DNA of 52,187 nt from Bacillota bacterium. Lineage in GTDB: Bacteria; Bacillota; Sulfobacillia; SLMV01. Of the stretch, positions 33,089 to 42,646 are shown piece by piece; the first letter of the stretch is position 1, and each line of letters begins with the position of its first letter. Where the stretch lies: assembly GCA_046483165.1 (NCBI GenBank), contig JAWODQ010000024.1:1-52187 (forward strand). Reading direction: 5' to 3'. The notes under the pieces were generated by a model. The model was given only the letters and a program-made list of their open reading frames with translations, ran no database searches and was not told where the DNA came from. The translations under genes were made by a program, and so were the position numbers.

Positions 33089-34579
33089 TCACATTTCGTC
33101 CAGGGGGAATATCGGTCTTCGGAGTTTTTGGTAATCGAAGTGTTCCAAATTGGGACTGGCGAAACCGGGGCAATCGACCTCAATAATCTCGGCTGCAAAG
33201 GGCTCGTAGGCGGCACGGAAATGTCCGCGGGATTTCACTACCAGTACGTCTTTGTCCGTCGGCTCGATGCCGACGTGCCGGAATACCTCGGGATCGTTCG
33301 GTGCCACCCGGTTTTCGGTCACTATGACCTCTATGCCGTCGATGTCGATGAGGGCGGTCTTACCCAGGGTGGTCAAAACGCCGGTATTCATCGGGCCTTT
33401 GTTGATGAATCGGCCGTCGGTCAGGCTTCGAACCACCGCCTCGCACTCCACGGGTTCTCCGTGTTCGGGACTTATTTTACCGCCCAGGGAGAGCCTCACC
33501 CGTTCGGAGGGCCCCGCCTCGATGCATCGTGCGACGGCGTCGGGGTCCACCATCAGCGCGAAGCCGACATTGCGGGCCCCGGCTCGAATGAGGTGCGAAA
33601 GCAGTAGCGTGGTATCCCCGGAGCCACCACCACCCATGTTATCGGCAACGTCGGCGAGAATCACCGGGCCTCTCCTGGATTCCATCGCCCGTCGTACCGC
33701 TTCTTCGGGCGGAGTCAGTTCCTTGAGGAACTGGTGGCGTATCTCCCAGGCGCGTTCCGCTATAGATTTTCCAATTTCCGTTGCACGATCGGCATCGGAG
33801 TCCGTGAGAGTAAGGATAGAAAGTCCCGCGAACTCCACATCGGTGTAGGGGAATCCTCCGAAGATCGAGACGTTTCGAACGGTGGGTTTCGTTTCGTGAT
33901 ACACCGCCATCTCGAAAAGCTCCACCATGGGTCCCTCGGCGGTGCGCATGTTGATGGTCGGGGGCATCATGTTGACCTTTTCCAGGTGCATTACCGGCCG
34001 CAGGCGGCCGATCCATATGTCCTCCAGGGCTCGATAGGCCTCTATGGCTCTCTCGTACGCGTCGACGTGGGGATTCGTATCGTAGCCGAAGAGGGCGTCC
34101 GCGGCCTCGACCATATCCGGAGTCATGTTTGCGTGAAGATCCAGGGTGGCCACCACGGGGATGTCGGGCCCGACGAGTTTTCTAACTCGGAGGAGAATGT
34201 CTCCCTCGCCGTCGTCGATTCCTTCTACTACCATGGCACCGTGAAGGCACAGGGCCACTCCGTCGAGACCATCGTCGGATCCCATGGCGTCTTCTATCGT
34301 CCGCAACAAAGCTCCCACGATCTTTTCGTAAGACTCGGCGGTTACCAGACCGGAGGGAACCGCCGAAGCCGCCACCGCCGGGATCAGTTCCACATCGCTA
34401 CCCGCCGCATCGATGAAACCACCGATACCGGTGCGGGTTCCCGAGGCAGAACTGAGGACTTCGTCGCCGAAGGCCAGAGAGCGCTGGGCGAAGCGGTTCA
34501 GATCGGTCTCGATGGGTGAGAAGGTATTGGTTTCGTGACTAATCTGTCCTACCACCAATCTCTTTGCCAAAGTCATCAC
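33089..34579 (-). CDS. M81-family (MlrC-like) metallopeptidase
   Basis: N-terminal 'RLVVGQISHETNTFSP', plus 'LHGAMV' and 'TLDLHAN'. The start is ambiguous: GTG 34579, ATG 34576 or TTG 34570. Confidence 0.85.
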   Translation of the reverse strand: MMTLAKRLVVGQISHETNTFSPIETDLNRFAQRSLAFGDEVLSSASGTRTGIGGFIDAAGSDVELIPAVAASAVPSGLVTAESYEKIVGALLRTIEDAMGSDDGLDGVALCLHGAMVVEGIDDGEGDILLRVRKLVGPDIPVVATLDLHANMTPDMVEAADALFGYDTNPHVDAYERAIEAYRALEDIWIGRLRPVMHLEKVNMMPPTINMRTAEGPMVELFEMAVYHETKPTVRNVSIFGGFPYTDVEFAGLSILTLTDSDADRATEIGKSIAERAWEIRHQFLKELTPPEEAVRRAMESRRGPVILADVADNMGGGGSGDTTLLLSHLIRAGARNVGFALMVDPDAVARCIEAGPSERVRLSLGGKISPEHGEPVECEAVVRSLTDGRFINKGPMNTGVLTTLGKTALIDIDGIEVIVTENRVAPNDPEVFRHVGIEPTDKDVLVVKSRGHFRAAYEPFAAEIIEVDCPGFASPNLEHFDYQKLRRPIFPLDEM

Positions 34580-34682
34580 CTCCCGTGGTTAATTTCTATT
34601 CCCCTCTCGGGTATCCTCCGGAGATCGGGGTTTCGGTTGAATGGCCCCGGGTCGGGTAAACTAGTCGTCGGAGGAGGAGACA

Positions 34683-35261
34683 TTGAACAAAGGCCGACTT
34701 TACGATGCATTTCTTTGGCCGCTGGAGGCGGCGCTATTGCGCCGTTGGAGGCGGCGACTGTGGTCCGAAGTCCGAGGACCCCGGGTCCTGGAGCTGGGTT
34801 CGGGTACCGGCCTCAATTTTCCCTATCATCCCGAGGGCATTTCCGTGACGGCCCTCGAGAAAGAATCGGATTATCTGACGCGATCCCGAAAACGTCAGTC
34901 TAGTGGCGGTGCGAAGGTTACTTTCGTCTCGGGAAGCGTGGAGGATCTACCCTTCACCGACGACACCTTCGACGAGTTGGTCGCCAGTTTCATCCTGTGT
35001 TCGGTGGAGAGACCGCAGGTGGCACTGCGTGAAGCCCACCGCGTCCTGAAACCGGGCGGAACTCTTCGAATCATGGAGCATTGCCGGCCCGGGGGGATCC
35101 TGGGAAACCTGTTCGATTGGGCGGCTCCCTGGATACACGAGACCTTCGGCGATCGCATCGACGGAGAACCGGTTCCACTTTTGGAAGATGCCGGATTCAG
35201 GGTCGTCTCCGTCACCCACACTGCGGGGCGGACGTTGCGCCTCCTGGTGGCGAGGAAGTGA
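34683..35261 (+). CDS. Class I SAM-dependent methyltransferase
   Basis: Motif I 'VLELGSGTGLN', 'FDELVASFILCSV' and 'LKPGGTLRIMEH'. TTG start after GGAGGAGGAG. Confidence 0.8.
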   Translation: MNKGRLYDAFLWPLEAALLRRWRRRLWSEVRGPRVLELGSGTGLNFPYHPEGISVTALEKESDYLTRSRKRQSSGGAKVTFVSGSVEDLPFTDDTFDELVASFILCSVERPQVALREAHRVLKPGGTLRIMEHCRPGGILGNLFDWAAPWIHETFGDRIDGEPVPLLEDAGFRVVSVTHTAGRTLRLLVARK

Positions 35262-35316
35262 GAACCGCCCGGCGCCAAGGATATGGGGGCATAGTCCGCG
35301 AAAGCAAAATCGACGG

Positions 35317-36777
35317 ATGAAGGGCGATTACGTGAGGGGTGGGGATGAGTTGAAAGGTAAAGAGCTGAGCTGGACGGGGCAGTTTGAGGAGTTCGCACGG
35401 GAGATAATGGAAGAACACGATATACCCGGGTTATCGGTGGCTCTGTCCGGACCCGAGGAAGTACTGTATGCGAGAGGTTTCGGCCATCGGGATAAGGAAT
35501 CGGATAGCCCGGCGACCCCCGAGACGACCTACGGTATGGCGTCCATCACGAAGTCTTTTGCCGCTGCGTGCACCACCATGCTCGAAGAAGAGGGTACCCT
35601 CTCGAGTATGGATCCGGTGATACGCTACCTACCGGAATTTTGGGTCACCGGCGGGGTGGAAGATGCGGCCATGAATCTCGGGCATTTCATGAGTCATACC
35701 TCGGCCCTTCCTCCCACCGCGGCGCTCCGTTACGCCATGGTGCGGAGCATGAGGGGGGATCCCTCGGTAGAAGAGCTGAAGAAGAGCGGATCCTGGGAAC
35801 ACTACATAGACCGAGAACCGATCGACGACTACGACGACCTCCTGAAATACCTCAAGGAAGCCGATTTGACGTTGCTCGGACGTCCCGGGGAACAGTTCAG
35901 TTACTCCAACGACGCCTACGCCCTGTTGGGAGCGATAATTGAGCGAGTGAGCGGTCGCAGTTTCCCCGATTTCGCATCCGAGAGGATCCTCTCGCCGCTC
36001 GGCATGAAGAGGAGCACCTTCTCGTTGGATTTCCTAAAAGAGCGAGATGACGTGGCCACCCTGTATGCGAAAGACGCTGAGGGTGAGGTGTATAGGGCTC
36101 CCCAGTGGCAGGATGCCCCGGCGATGGTGGCGGCGGGGTTTTTGCGGTCCACCGTGTTGGACATGGTGAAATACGGGCGTATGTACCTGTCGGGCGGCAC
36201 GACCCCTTCTGGCCGAAGGTTGCTTTCGGAGATGGGTATCCGGCGGATGCGAGGTGGCGTTTTCCCGTCCGCCAGAAAACAGTATTACGGAAGGGGTTTC
36301 ACCACGCGGCCAGCCTATCACGGTGCCACTTTGGTGGAACACGGTGGCAGCCTCAAGGGGGTATCCTCGCATTTCGGCTTCGTGCCGGAGCGCAGCTTGA
36401 CGGCTGCCGTCGTGGCGAACATCCAGGGCGTGCCGGTCGCGAAGCTGTGGCTTGCGCTTACCAACCTGGCCATGGATCTTCCGATGGAAGAGGCGCGGAG
36501 CATAGAGCCCGAATACAGCGTTTCTCGCGAGCAATTGCTACGATACGTCGGCGTGTACCGGTCGGGTGAGGGAACCGAAATCGAGGTGCGTCTGGATTGT
36601 GAAGGACTCTACGCGGAGGTCGAGGGTACGCGTTACGACTTGCGCCCCAGTGGTCCCGACACGGTCGCCATTTGGTACAGGGGACAGGAAACGGGCGTCC
36701 GCTTCATTCCCGGGCCCGACGGAGAAGTAAAGGCTCTCTATTACGGCCTGAGGATCATTCCCAGAGTAGGTGACTAA
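35317..36777 (+). CDS. Beta-lactamase-fold serine hydrolase (class C / DD-peptidase-like)
   Basis: SxxK 'SITK', YxN 'YSN' and 'HGGSLKG'. The exact start is uncertain: ATG 35317, or GTG/TTG slightly downstream. Confidence 0.85.
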   Translation: MKGDYVRGGDELKGKELSWTGQFEEFAREIMEEHDIPGLSVALSGPEEVLYARGFGHRDKESDSPATPETTYGMASITKSFAAACTTMLEEEGTLSSMDPVIRYLPEFWVTGGVEDAAMNLGHFMSHTSALPPTAALRYAMVRSMRGDPSVEELKKSGSWEHYIDREPIDDYDDLLKYLKEADLTLLGRPGEQFSYSNDAYALLGAIIERVSGRSFPDFASERILSPLGMKRSTFSLDFLKERDDVATLYAKDAEGEVYRAPQWQDAPAMVAAGFLRSTVLDMVKYGRMYLSGGTTPSGRRLLSEMGIRRMRGGVFPSARKQYYGRGFTTRPAYHGATLVEHGGSLKGVSSHFGFVPERSLTAAVVANIQGVPVAKLWLALTNLAMDLPMEEARSIEPEYSVSREQLLRYVGVYRSGEGTEIEVRLDCEGLYAEVEGTRYDLRPSGPDTVAIWYRGQETGVRFIPGPDGEVKALYYGLRIIPRVGD

Positions 36778-36946
36778 ACGAGGTAGTCATAACGACCGGA
36801 AGCGATCCGTGCGGGAACCGGGGGACGGAACGTTCGGGTCCCGCCGGTATTGGGGCCCTGGTAATCGATCGTGCAGGAATAAGGAGAACGGCCATGTCGA
36901 AAAGCTCTATCCAGAGGCCGGTGACACCCATTTGGGAGGATAAACC

Positions 36947-37483
36947 ATGCAAAGACGCGAGTTGGAAAGACTATTTACGGAGCACGGTTTCGACGATTAT
37001 CGCTGGATCGGCGGGAAGGATGTGGCCATCCGCCAGTGGGTGCGCTTTAAGTGCCTCTTTATGTGCTCGGGCTACGCCCAGAACGCGGTCTGTCCGCCGA
37101 ATATGCCACCGGTGGCGGAGTGTGAGCGTTTCTTTTCCGAGTACAATTCCGTGGCCATTTTGCGAAAGGCCGTCCGAGATTTAAACGACGCGGGCGAGAT
37201 AGAGATGTTCGCCGAAGTAGATGACAATTTGTTGGCCCTGGAGAGAGAAGTCTTTTTCGAAGGGTATTACAAAGTGATGTCCCTTCCCATGACCATCTGT
37301 TATCGCTGTCCCGATTGCTCGCGGAGCCTGGAAGAATGCCGCAAACCCCGGGAATCCCGCCCGACCCCCGAAGCCCTGGGTGTCGACGTCTTCGAGACGG
37401 TTCGCGCGGCCGGCTATCCCATTGAAGTGCTCCGTAGCCACGACGATTTGCAAAACAGGTATGCCCTGTTGCTCGTCGAATAG
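36947..37483 (+). CDS. DUF2284-like predicted metal-binding (Cys-rich) protein
   Basis: Contains 'FKCLFMCSGYAQNAVCPPNMP' and 'CYRCPDCSRSLEEC'. ATG follows GGGAGGA. Confidence 0.75.
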   Translation: MQRRELERLFTEHGFDDYRWIGGKDVAIRQWVRFKCLFMCSGYAQNAVCPPNMPPVAECERFFSEYNSVAILRKAVRDLNDAGEIEMFAEVDDNLLALEREVFFEGYYKVMSLPMTICYRCPDCSRSLEECRKPRESRPTPEALGVDVFETVRAAGYPIEVLRSHDDLQNRYALLLVE

Positions 37484-37720
37484 GGATGATCGGTCCCGGG
37501 GTCGAAGGATGTGGAGCTACTAGTTTATGGGTGCCCCGGCGGAGACCGCCGGCGCGGTCGGAATCGTACGGCTCCCGGGAAACCCGGCCTTCACCCGTCC
37601 CGGGCGAGGGTCTGGATAGAATGCGATGCCGACGTCGATTTCGGCTGGTCGCGAAAAGGATCCGATGACAGAGGCTGGATGTTCGGCCCCGAGCGGGGTA
37701 ATCATTGAGGAGGACTTTCC

Positions 37721-39478
37721 TTGTACGGATTTCACAACAAACTCCTGCGTGTGAATTTGAGTGAGCGAGAAGTTACGGAAGAACTCATCTCCGACGAAAT
37801 GCTACGATCCGGTCTGGGGGGTAGGGGACTGGCGGTACAATTGTTGATGAAGTATCTCCCCGAGGGGGTGGGGCCCCTTTCAGCGGAGAACGCCCTGCTT
37901 TTCGTGACCGGTCCGGCGGCAGATACCACGGTCCCGGCGGCGAGTCGCTTCGGGGTTTTCGCCAAGTCCCCGCTGACCGGTTTCCTGGGAGAATCTTACT
38001 CCGGGGGACACGTGGCACCCATCATGAAGAGGACGGGCTACGATGCCATAATGCTGGAGGGAATCTCCGAAAAGCCCGTCTACCTGCACATATCTGACGA
38101 AGGAGTTTTCTTCGAAGACGCCGCGGATCTCTGGGGCGAGAATACCGACGTGACCGAAGAAGCCATCCTCAGGAGAACGGGGGTTGACGGTGCCCAGGCG
38201 GTCACGATAGGCCCGGCCGGCGAGAACATGGTGGCCTTCGCCTGCCTGAAGAACAACCGCTGGAGGTCCGCCGGGCGTAACGGCATGGGGGCGGTGATGG
38301 GTTCGAAGAGGGTGAAGGGCATCGTCTTCAGCGGCGAGACCGAAACCCGGCTGGCAGACCGGGACGGCTTGAGGGAATACGTTCGCGAAATGATAAGCGA
38401 ATACCGCGATACTAACCGGACCCGGGTCATGCGAGAGTTTGGCACGCCCTATATGGTGAAAGTGACGAACACCGCCCACGCCTTTCCCAGCAGATACTGG
38501 GCCCAATCCAGGCTAAAGAACTGGGAGGGCATAAGTGCCGAGGAGATGCACCGGCGCATGGATGTCAGGCCCAACGCCTGCCGGGGATGTTTCATGGCGT
38601 GCGGTAAACTGAGCACCGTCAAATCGGGACGCCATAGCGGACTCAACATTGAGGGACCGGAGTACGAGACCATCTACGCCCTCGGGGGTATCTGCTGCGT
38701 CGACGCGATAGAGGAAGTCGCCTATCTCAACGACTTATGTGACAAGCTGGGTCTGGACACCATAAGTGGCGGCAACATGGTGGGCCTGGCCATCGAGGCA
38801 GGGATTCGGGGTCGACTGGAGGGGATGCCCGAATACGGAGATGTGGACGGAATCGCGGACCTCCTCGGGCGTATCGCCCACCGCGAGGGATTCGGAGACG
38901 TGCTGGCCCGCGGAGTAAAACTGGCAGCCTCGGATATCGGTCTCGAAGATCTCGCCGTTCACGTCAAGGGACAGGAGCCGGCCGGCTATGATCCCCGACG
39001 CCTGGAGGGTATGAGCCTCGGCTACGCCGTATCCTCCCGCGGGGCCTGCCATCTTCGCTCGAGCTACTACATGGAGGAGTTGAACGATCGCGCGCCGACG
39101 GACCACCTGGACAAGGTGCGCGATTTCATCGAATTCGAAAGCAGGAACGTGCTGGAGGATTGCCTGATACTCTGTCGCTTCTATCAGCAGTTTATCGGTT
39201 GGGACGGCATGTCGACCATCATCGAAAAGACGACAGGAATACCCATGGACCGCGAGGCCATGTCGGATCTCGCCATGGGTGTCACGACGGCCATTCGCCG
39301 TTTCAACGTTCGCGAGGGTCTCAGCCGCGAAGACGACAGTCTACCGGAAAGGTTCTTCAGCGAACCCGTGGGAGAGTCCGGAGAATACGTCGTGGATCGA
39401 CGAAGGTTCGCGGAGATGCTCGCCGAGTATTATCGCCTGCACGGGTGGAATGAAGCCGGGGTACCCGCGCCCGATTGA
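37721..39478 (+). CDS. aor: Aldehyde:ferredoxin oxidoreductase (tungstopterin AOR family)
   Basis: Contains 'LRVNLSE', 'GLGGRGLA', 'GPLTGF'-like 'SPLTGFLGESYSGG' and the [4Fe-4S] motif 'CRGCFMAC'. TTG start 6 nt after GAGGAGGA. Confidence 0.9.
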   Translation: MYGFHNKLLRVNLSEREVTEELISDEMLRSGLGGRGLAVQLLMKYLPEGVGPLSAENALLFVTGPAADTTVPAASRFGVFAKSPLTGFLGESYSGGHVAPIMKRTGYDAIMLEGISEKPVYLHISDEGVFFEDAADLWGENTDVTEEAILRRTGVDGAQAVTIGPAGENMVAFACLKNNRWRSAGRNGMGAVMGSKRVKGIVFSGETETRLADRDGLREYVREMISEYRDTNRTRVMREFGTPYMVKVTNTAHAFPSRYWAQSRLKNWEGISAEEMHRRMDVRPNACRGCFMACGKLSTVKSGRHSGLNIEGPEYETIYALGGICCVDAIEEVAYLNDLCDKLGLDTISGGNMVGLAIEAGIRGRLEGMPEYGDVDGIADLLGRIAHREGFGDVLARGVKLAASDIGLEDLAVHVKGQEPAGYDPRRLEGMSLGYAVSSRGACHLRSSYYMEELNDRAPTDHLDKVRDFIEFESRNVLEDCLILCRFYQQFIGWDGMSTIIEKTTGIPMDREAMSDLAMGVTTAIRRFNVREGLSREDDSLPERFFSEPVGESGEYVVDRRRFAEMLAEYYRLHGWNEAGVPAPD

Positions 39479-39643
39479 GTCCGGCGGAGTGTAAACTCTC
39501 GCGCGTTGGCGTCGTCTTTGCCGAACCCAAGACCGCGAGCGAGCATTTGACCTTTCCTATAGGCCGATTTTGCCTGGTGGTGGGGATGTGCAAATAGTTC
39601 CATCGCGTCAGGCCATCTCAACGGCCTGACTGGTATTGGATAG

Positions 39644-39692
39644 ACCGGGCCGGATCTCGCGACCTCACGTTGGCGAGACCCGGCCCGGTTTT
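39644..39692 (+). terminator. Rho-independent terminator of aor
   Basis: 17-bp stem ACCGGGCCGGATCTCGC / GCGAGACCCGGCCCGGT (one mismatch) with a 12-nt loop, followed by TTTTCATCATTTT. A second hairpin, GTCAGGCC/GGCCTGAC, lies at 39607-39630. Confidence 0.7.
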
Positions 39693-39714
39693 CATCATTT
39701 TACATCGATGCCCC

Positions 39715-41433
39715 TCAGTAGCTTCGTCTGCGCCGCTTTTCGGGCGAAACGACTTCATCTTTTTGCCAGGCGGCGACGGGCGGCGTGATCTCCGTCTCCG
39801 GCGGCACCCTAATCTCGAGGAAGGACAATCCTCCGCCGAGGGATTTCTCCAGTTCCCTTTCCAGCTGTTCTACGTTTTCGACGAGCCGCGAGCGCGCACC
39901 CATGGCGGCGGCGGCTTCCACGTAGGAGACGTCCGGGGAGAAGTCAACCGACAGGTAGCGTTCGTCGTAATAGAGCTTCTGGAGCATCTTGATCCAGCCG
40001 TACGATTCGTTGCGGAAATGGACCACGACGATCGGAGAGTCCGTTTTCGCCAGAGTCTCCAGCTCCCCGACGGTCATATTGAGACTTCCGTCGCCGACGA
40101 GGGCTATCACCGGGTCATCGGGTCGGGCCATCCTGGCTCCCATGCTCGCGGGAAGAGCGTATCCCAAAGATCCGTGACTGCGGGCCGCATAAGTCGTCTT
40201 TTGTCCCCCTCCGGCGGGGTAGTACGCCATCAGGTATGGTGTCGGGGTTCCGGCGTCGGCTATGAGGATGCTCTCTTCGGGGAGTTTGCGGGAAAACGCC
40301 CCGAAAACGGCTCCGGGGTGTACGAGCCCATCGGCTCCCGTCCGCTGGGCATGAGCATTGACCGTCTCCTCGCGCGCCTCATGGGCCAAATCCTCGAACC
40401 AGAGATTCCTCTCCGGCCCCTTTCCCATATCCGCCAGGGCATCCAAGAGATCTTCCATCGCCAATTTGGCGTCGGCGAAGATTCCCACATCGGGATCGGC
40501 GTTGAGTCCCAGGTTTTTCGGATCGGCGTCCACGTGAACCAGGGTGGGGGAGTGGCTAAACAGGTTGCCGCCCCAGGTCGTCGTGGAGTTCAACTTGGTC
40601 CCGACGGCCAGCACGAAATCGCAGTGTTCTACCGCGCGATTGGTCGCCTTCTTGGCGCCGTTTCCGCCGATCACTCCCAGCACCTGGGGGTGGTTTTCCG
40701 CGACGGCTCCCTTACCGTCCATACTGGTCACGATCGCGGCGCCGAGGTTTTCTGCCAGCCGGAGAAGAGCATCTTGAGCCCGGGACAGGTGAACTCCCCC
40801 TCCCGCAAGTATGAGGGGGTGCTCGGAATTGTACGCCAGCTGTGCGGCGCGCCCCACTTCCGAGGCATCCGGTCTCGCTCGCCCCGCGGGATAGGTGGAA
40901 GTGACATACTTCGCACACAGATCATCATCCACGTCACTTCTCGCAGATAGTACATCCTCGGGGAGGCTAAGATGGGCAGCTCCGCCCGGAGGCGAGGTCG
41001 CAGCGCGGAAGATCGTCTTAACCAGGTGGGGAATGTACTCCGGCCGGAGTGCACGTACGCTCTCTCGAGTGCTCGAATCGTAGAGACTGGTTTGATCGAG
41101 CGCCGTTATCGAAGCTCGATGATCGCTGGAAAGTGGCGTGTCGCTCGTAAGAAGCACCATGGGTATGTAGCTGTCGTTTGCCTCCGCGGCGGCGGGCAGG
41201 AGGTAGGTGGCTCCGCCACCGCTGGGTGCCTCGACGACTCCCGGTCGTCTCCCCAGTCTGGCGTAGGCATCGGCCATATAACCGGCCGATCTCTCATCCC
41301 TGGCGAGCACGTGCTCGATGGCCGAATCTCTCAACGCGTCGTAGAAAGCCATCGAGGTATCACCTGGCAGGCCAAAAATCACCTCAACTCCGTGCGCCTC
41401 GAGCATGCTTACCAGGATTTCTGCTCCTCGCAT
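39715..41433 (-). CDS. Thiamine-diphosphate-dependent enzyme (acetolactate-synthase / 2-oxoacid decarboxylase family)
   Basis: Contains 'GAEILVSMLEAHGVEVIFGLPGD' and the ThDP motif 'LVGDGSLNMTVGELETL'. ATG 41433 lies 9 nt after GGGAGGG; the track start 41442 abuts the SD. Confidence 0.9.
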   Translation of the reverse strand: MRGAEILVSMLEAHGVEVIFGLPGDTSMAFYDALRDSAIEHVLARDERSAGYMADAYARLGRRPGVVEAPSGGGATYLLPAAAEANDSYIPMVLLTSDTPLSSDHRASITALDQTSLYDSSTRESVRALRPEYIPHLVKTIFRAATSPPGGAAHLSLPEDVLSARSDVDDDLCAKYVTSTYPAGRARPDASEVGRAAQLAYNSEHPLILAGGGVHLSRAQDALLRLAENLGAAIVTSMDGKGAVAENHPQVLGVIGGNGAKKATNRAVEHCDFVLAVGTKLNSTTTWGGNLFSHSPTLVHVDADPKNLGLNADPDVGIFADAKLAMEDLLDALADMGKGPERNLWFEDLAHEAREETVNAHAQRTGADGLVHPGAVFGAFSRKLPEESILIADAGTPTPYLMAYYPAGGGQKTTYAARSHGSLGYALPASMGARMARPDDPVIALVGDGSLNMTVGELETLAKTDSPIVVVHFRNESYGWIKMLQKLYYDERYLSVDFSPDVSYVEAAAAMGARSRLVENVEQLERELEKSLGGGLSFLEIRVPPETEITPPVAAWQKDEVVSPEKRRRRSY

Positions 41434-41476
41434 CCTTCGCATCCCTCCCTAAACTCTCTTCGGCAAAAGACGTGGT

Positions 41477-42328
41477 CTAGGCCGTCGCCGGGGGTTCTGC
41501 TATTCCCTGACCGTGGGCGCTGGCTCCATCCAAATTGACCATGGCGGTGTTGATCTGGCGAATAGTATCCGCCACCCAGTAGTCCTGGTCCATGGGGTGT
41601 CCTCCGAAGTATTTCGTCATCACGGCTATGATGTAGGGTCTTCTTTGCAGATGAACGATCCCGACGTCGCAGCGTACCTTATCCATGCCTCCCGGTTTGT
41701 TGGCAAAGCGGGTATCTTTCGGCATGGCCGCGGCCATTGGGCCCTTTTTGGGCTTCTCGAGGATTCGGAGGCACTTCTCGGCGACACCCTCGGGGAATCG
41801 GGAGCCGTCGATCAGGAGCTTTAGCATTTGTGCCATTTCCTTGGGGGTACTGACGTTTTCGCGATCGGCGGCTATGGCCTCGTAATCCTGCATCTTCCGC
41901 GCCAGCGTGGTGGAGGATAGCCCCCATCGTGAAGTGAAATCGCGCATGCGATCTATACCGATGCGATCTATGACCATATTCGTCGCGGTGTTGTCGGAGA
42001 CTATGATCATCAGTGTCGCGACATCGAGCCACGAGATCTCCGCCGGTCTTTCGAGGTAGGCAGTCACGCCGGATCCGGGCACGGAGTTCTCCACTCCGAC
42101 GCTGACTCGCTCTTCTAGGTCAATTTCGCCGCGGGCTTCCATCTCGAACAATGCCGTCAGAAGATGAATCTTGATAGAAGAAGCGGTGGGAAACGGCTCA
42201 TTCCCGTTGATATCTATGACCCGGTCGCCCTCCAGATCCCGCAGGTGTATGCCCGCGACTCCCGAGAAACTTGCCACCCGGTCACGCAGTCTGCGTTCCA
42301 GTGCGGCCCAATACAGATGTTCGCCCAC
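41477..42328 (-). CDS. Class-A beta-lactamase-fold serine hydrolase, cytoplasmic (no signal peptide)
   Basis: SxxK 'SSIK', 'SDN', and KPG in place of KTG ('NKPGGM'). GTG start after AGGAGAG. Confidence 0.8.
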   Translation of the reverse strand: MGEHLYWAALERRLRDRVASFSGVAGIHLRDLEGDRVIDINGNEPFPTASSIKIHLLTALFEMEARGEIDLEERVSVGVENSVPGSGVTAYLERPAEISWLDVATLMIIVSDNTATNMVIDRIGIDRMRDFTSRWGLSSTTLARKMQDYEAIAADRENVSTPKEMAQMLKLLIDGSRFPEGVAEKCLRILEKPKKGPMAAAMPKDTRFANKPGGMDKVRCDVGIVHLQRRPYIIAVMTKYFGGHPMDQDYWVADTIRQINTAMVNLDGASAHGQGIAEPPATA

Positions 42329-42615
42329 GCGTATCTCTCCTCTCGAAGCAAAACATGATGATACCTCGCTGAACTAACTTCACCTCAGGATTCGCGGTTC
42401 CTCCCGGAAATGGTTGCGAGATCGAGATGGAGGGTTGTGGGTTTCTGGAAGAGGTGTCGCTTCGTCGGGCAAAGAGGTATGAGGATGCTCGGCATCGAGT
42501 GGGAACGTCGGTCTCTCGTATTGCCGTGCGAGAGCCGGTCCTCGGCCCCGCAGGGCCCACCGCGATTCGCGATCGGTGAAATCATCACGGTTGAGCTGGG
42601 TAATCTCCAGATCCC

Positions 42616-42646
42616 GTACGATTGAGTACGATTGAGACTGGATTGA
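42616..42646. repeat. Tandem direct repeats with about 10-bp (helical) phasing in a 420-bp non-coding leader
   Basis: GTACGATTGA GTACGATTGA GACTGGATTGA. On the minus strand this reads as three TCAATC-containing units. The repeats lie about 290-320 nt upstream of the 41477..42328 gene. Confidence 0.6.

Noticed and set aside
39670-40950. 426-aa ORF antisense to the ThDP enzyme
   Set aside because: Shadow ORF. The minus strand carries the GDGS...N ThDP-binding motif and an ALS-like N-terminus.
42616-42646. Possible mini-CRISPR or satellite
   Set aside because: There are only about 2.5 copies of a 10-bp unit, with no spacers and no cas genes. Treated as a candidate protein-binding repeat instead.
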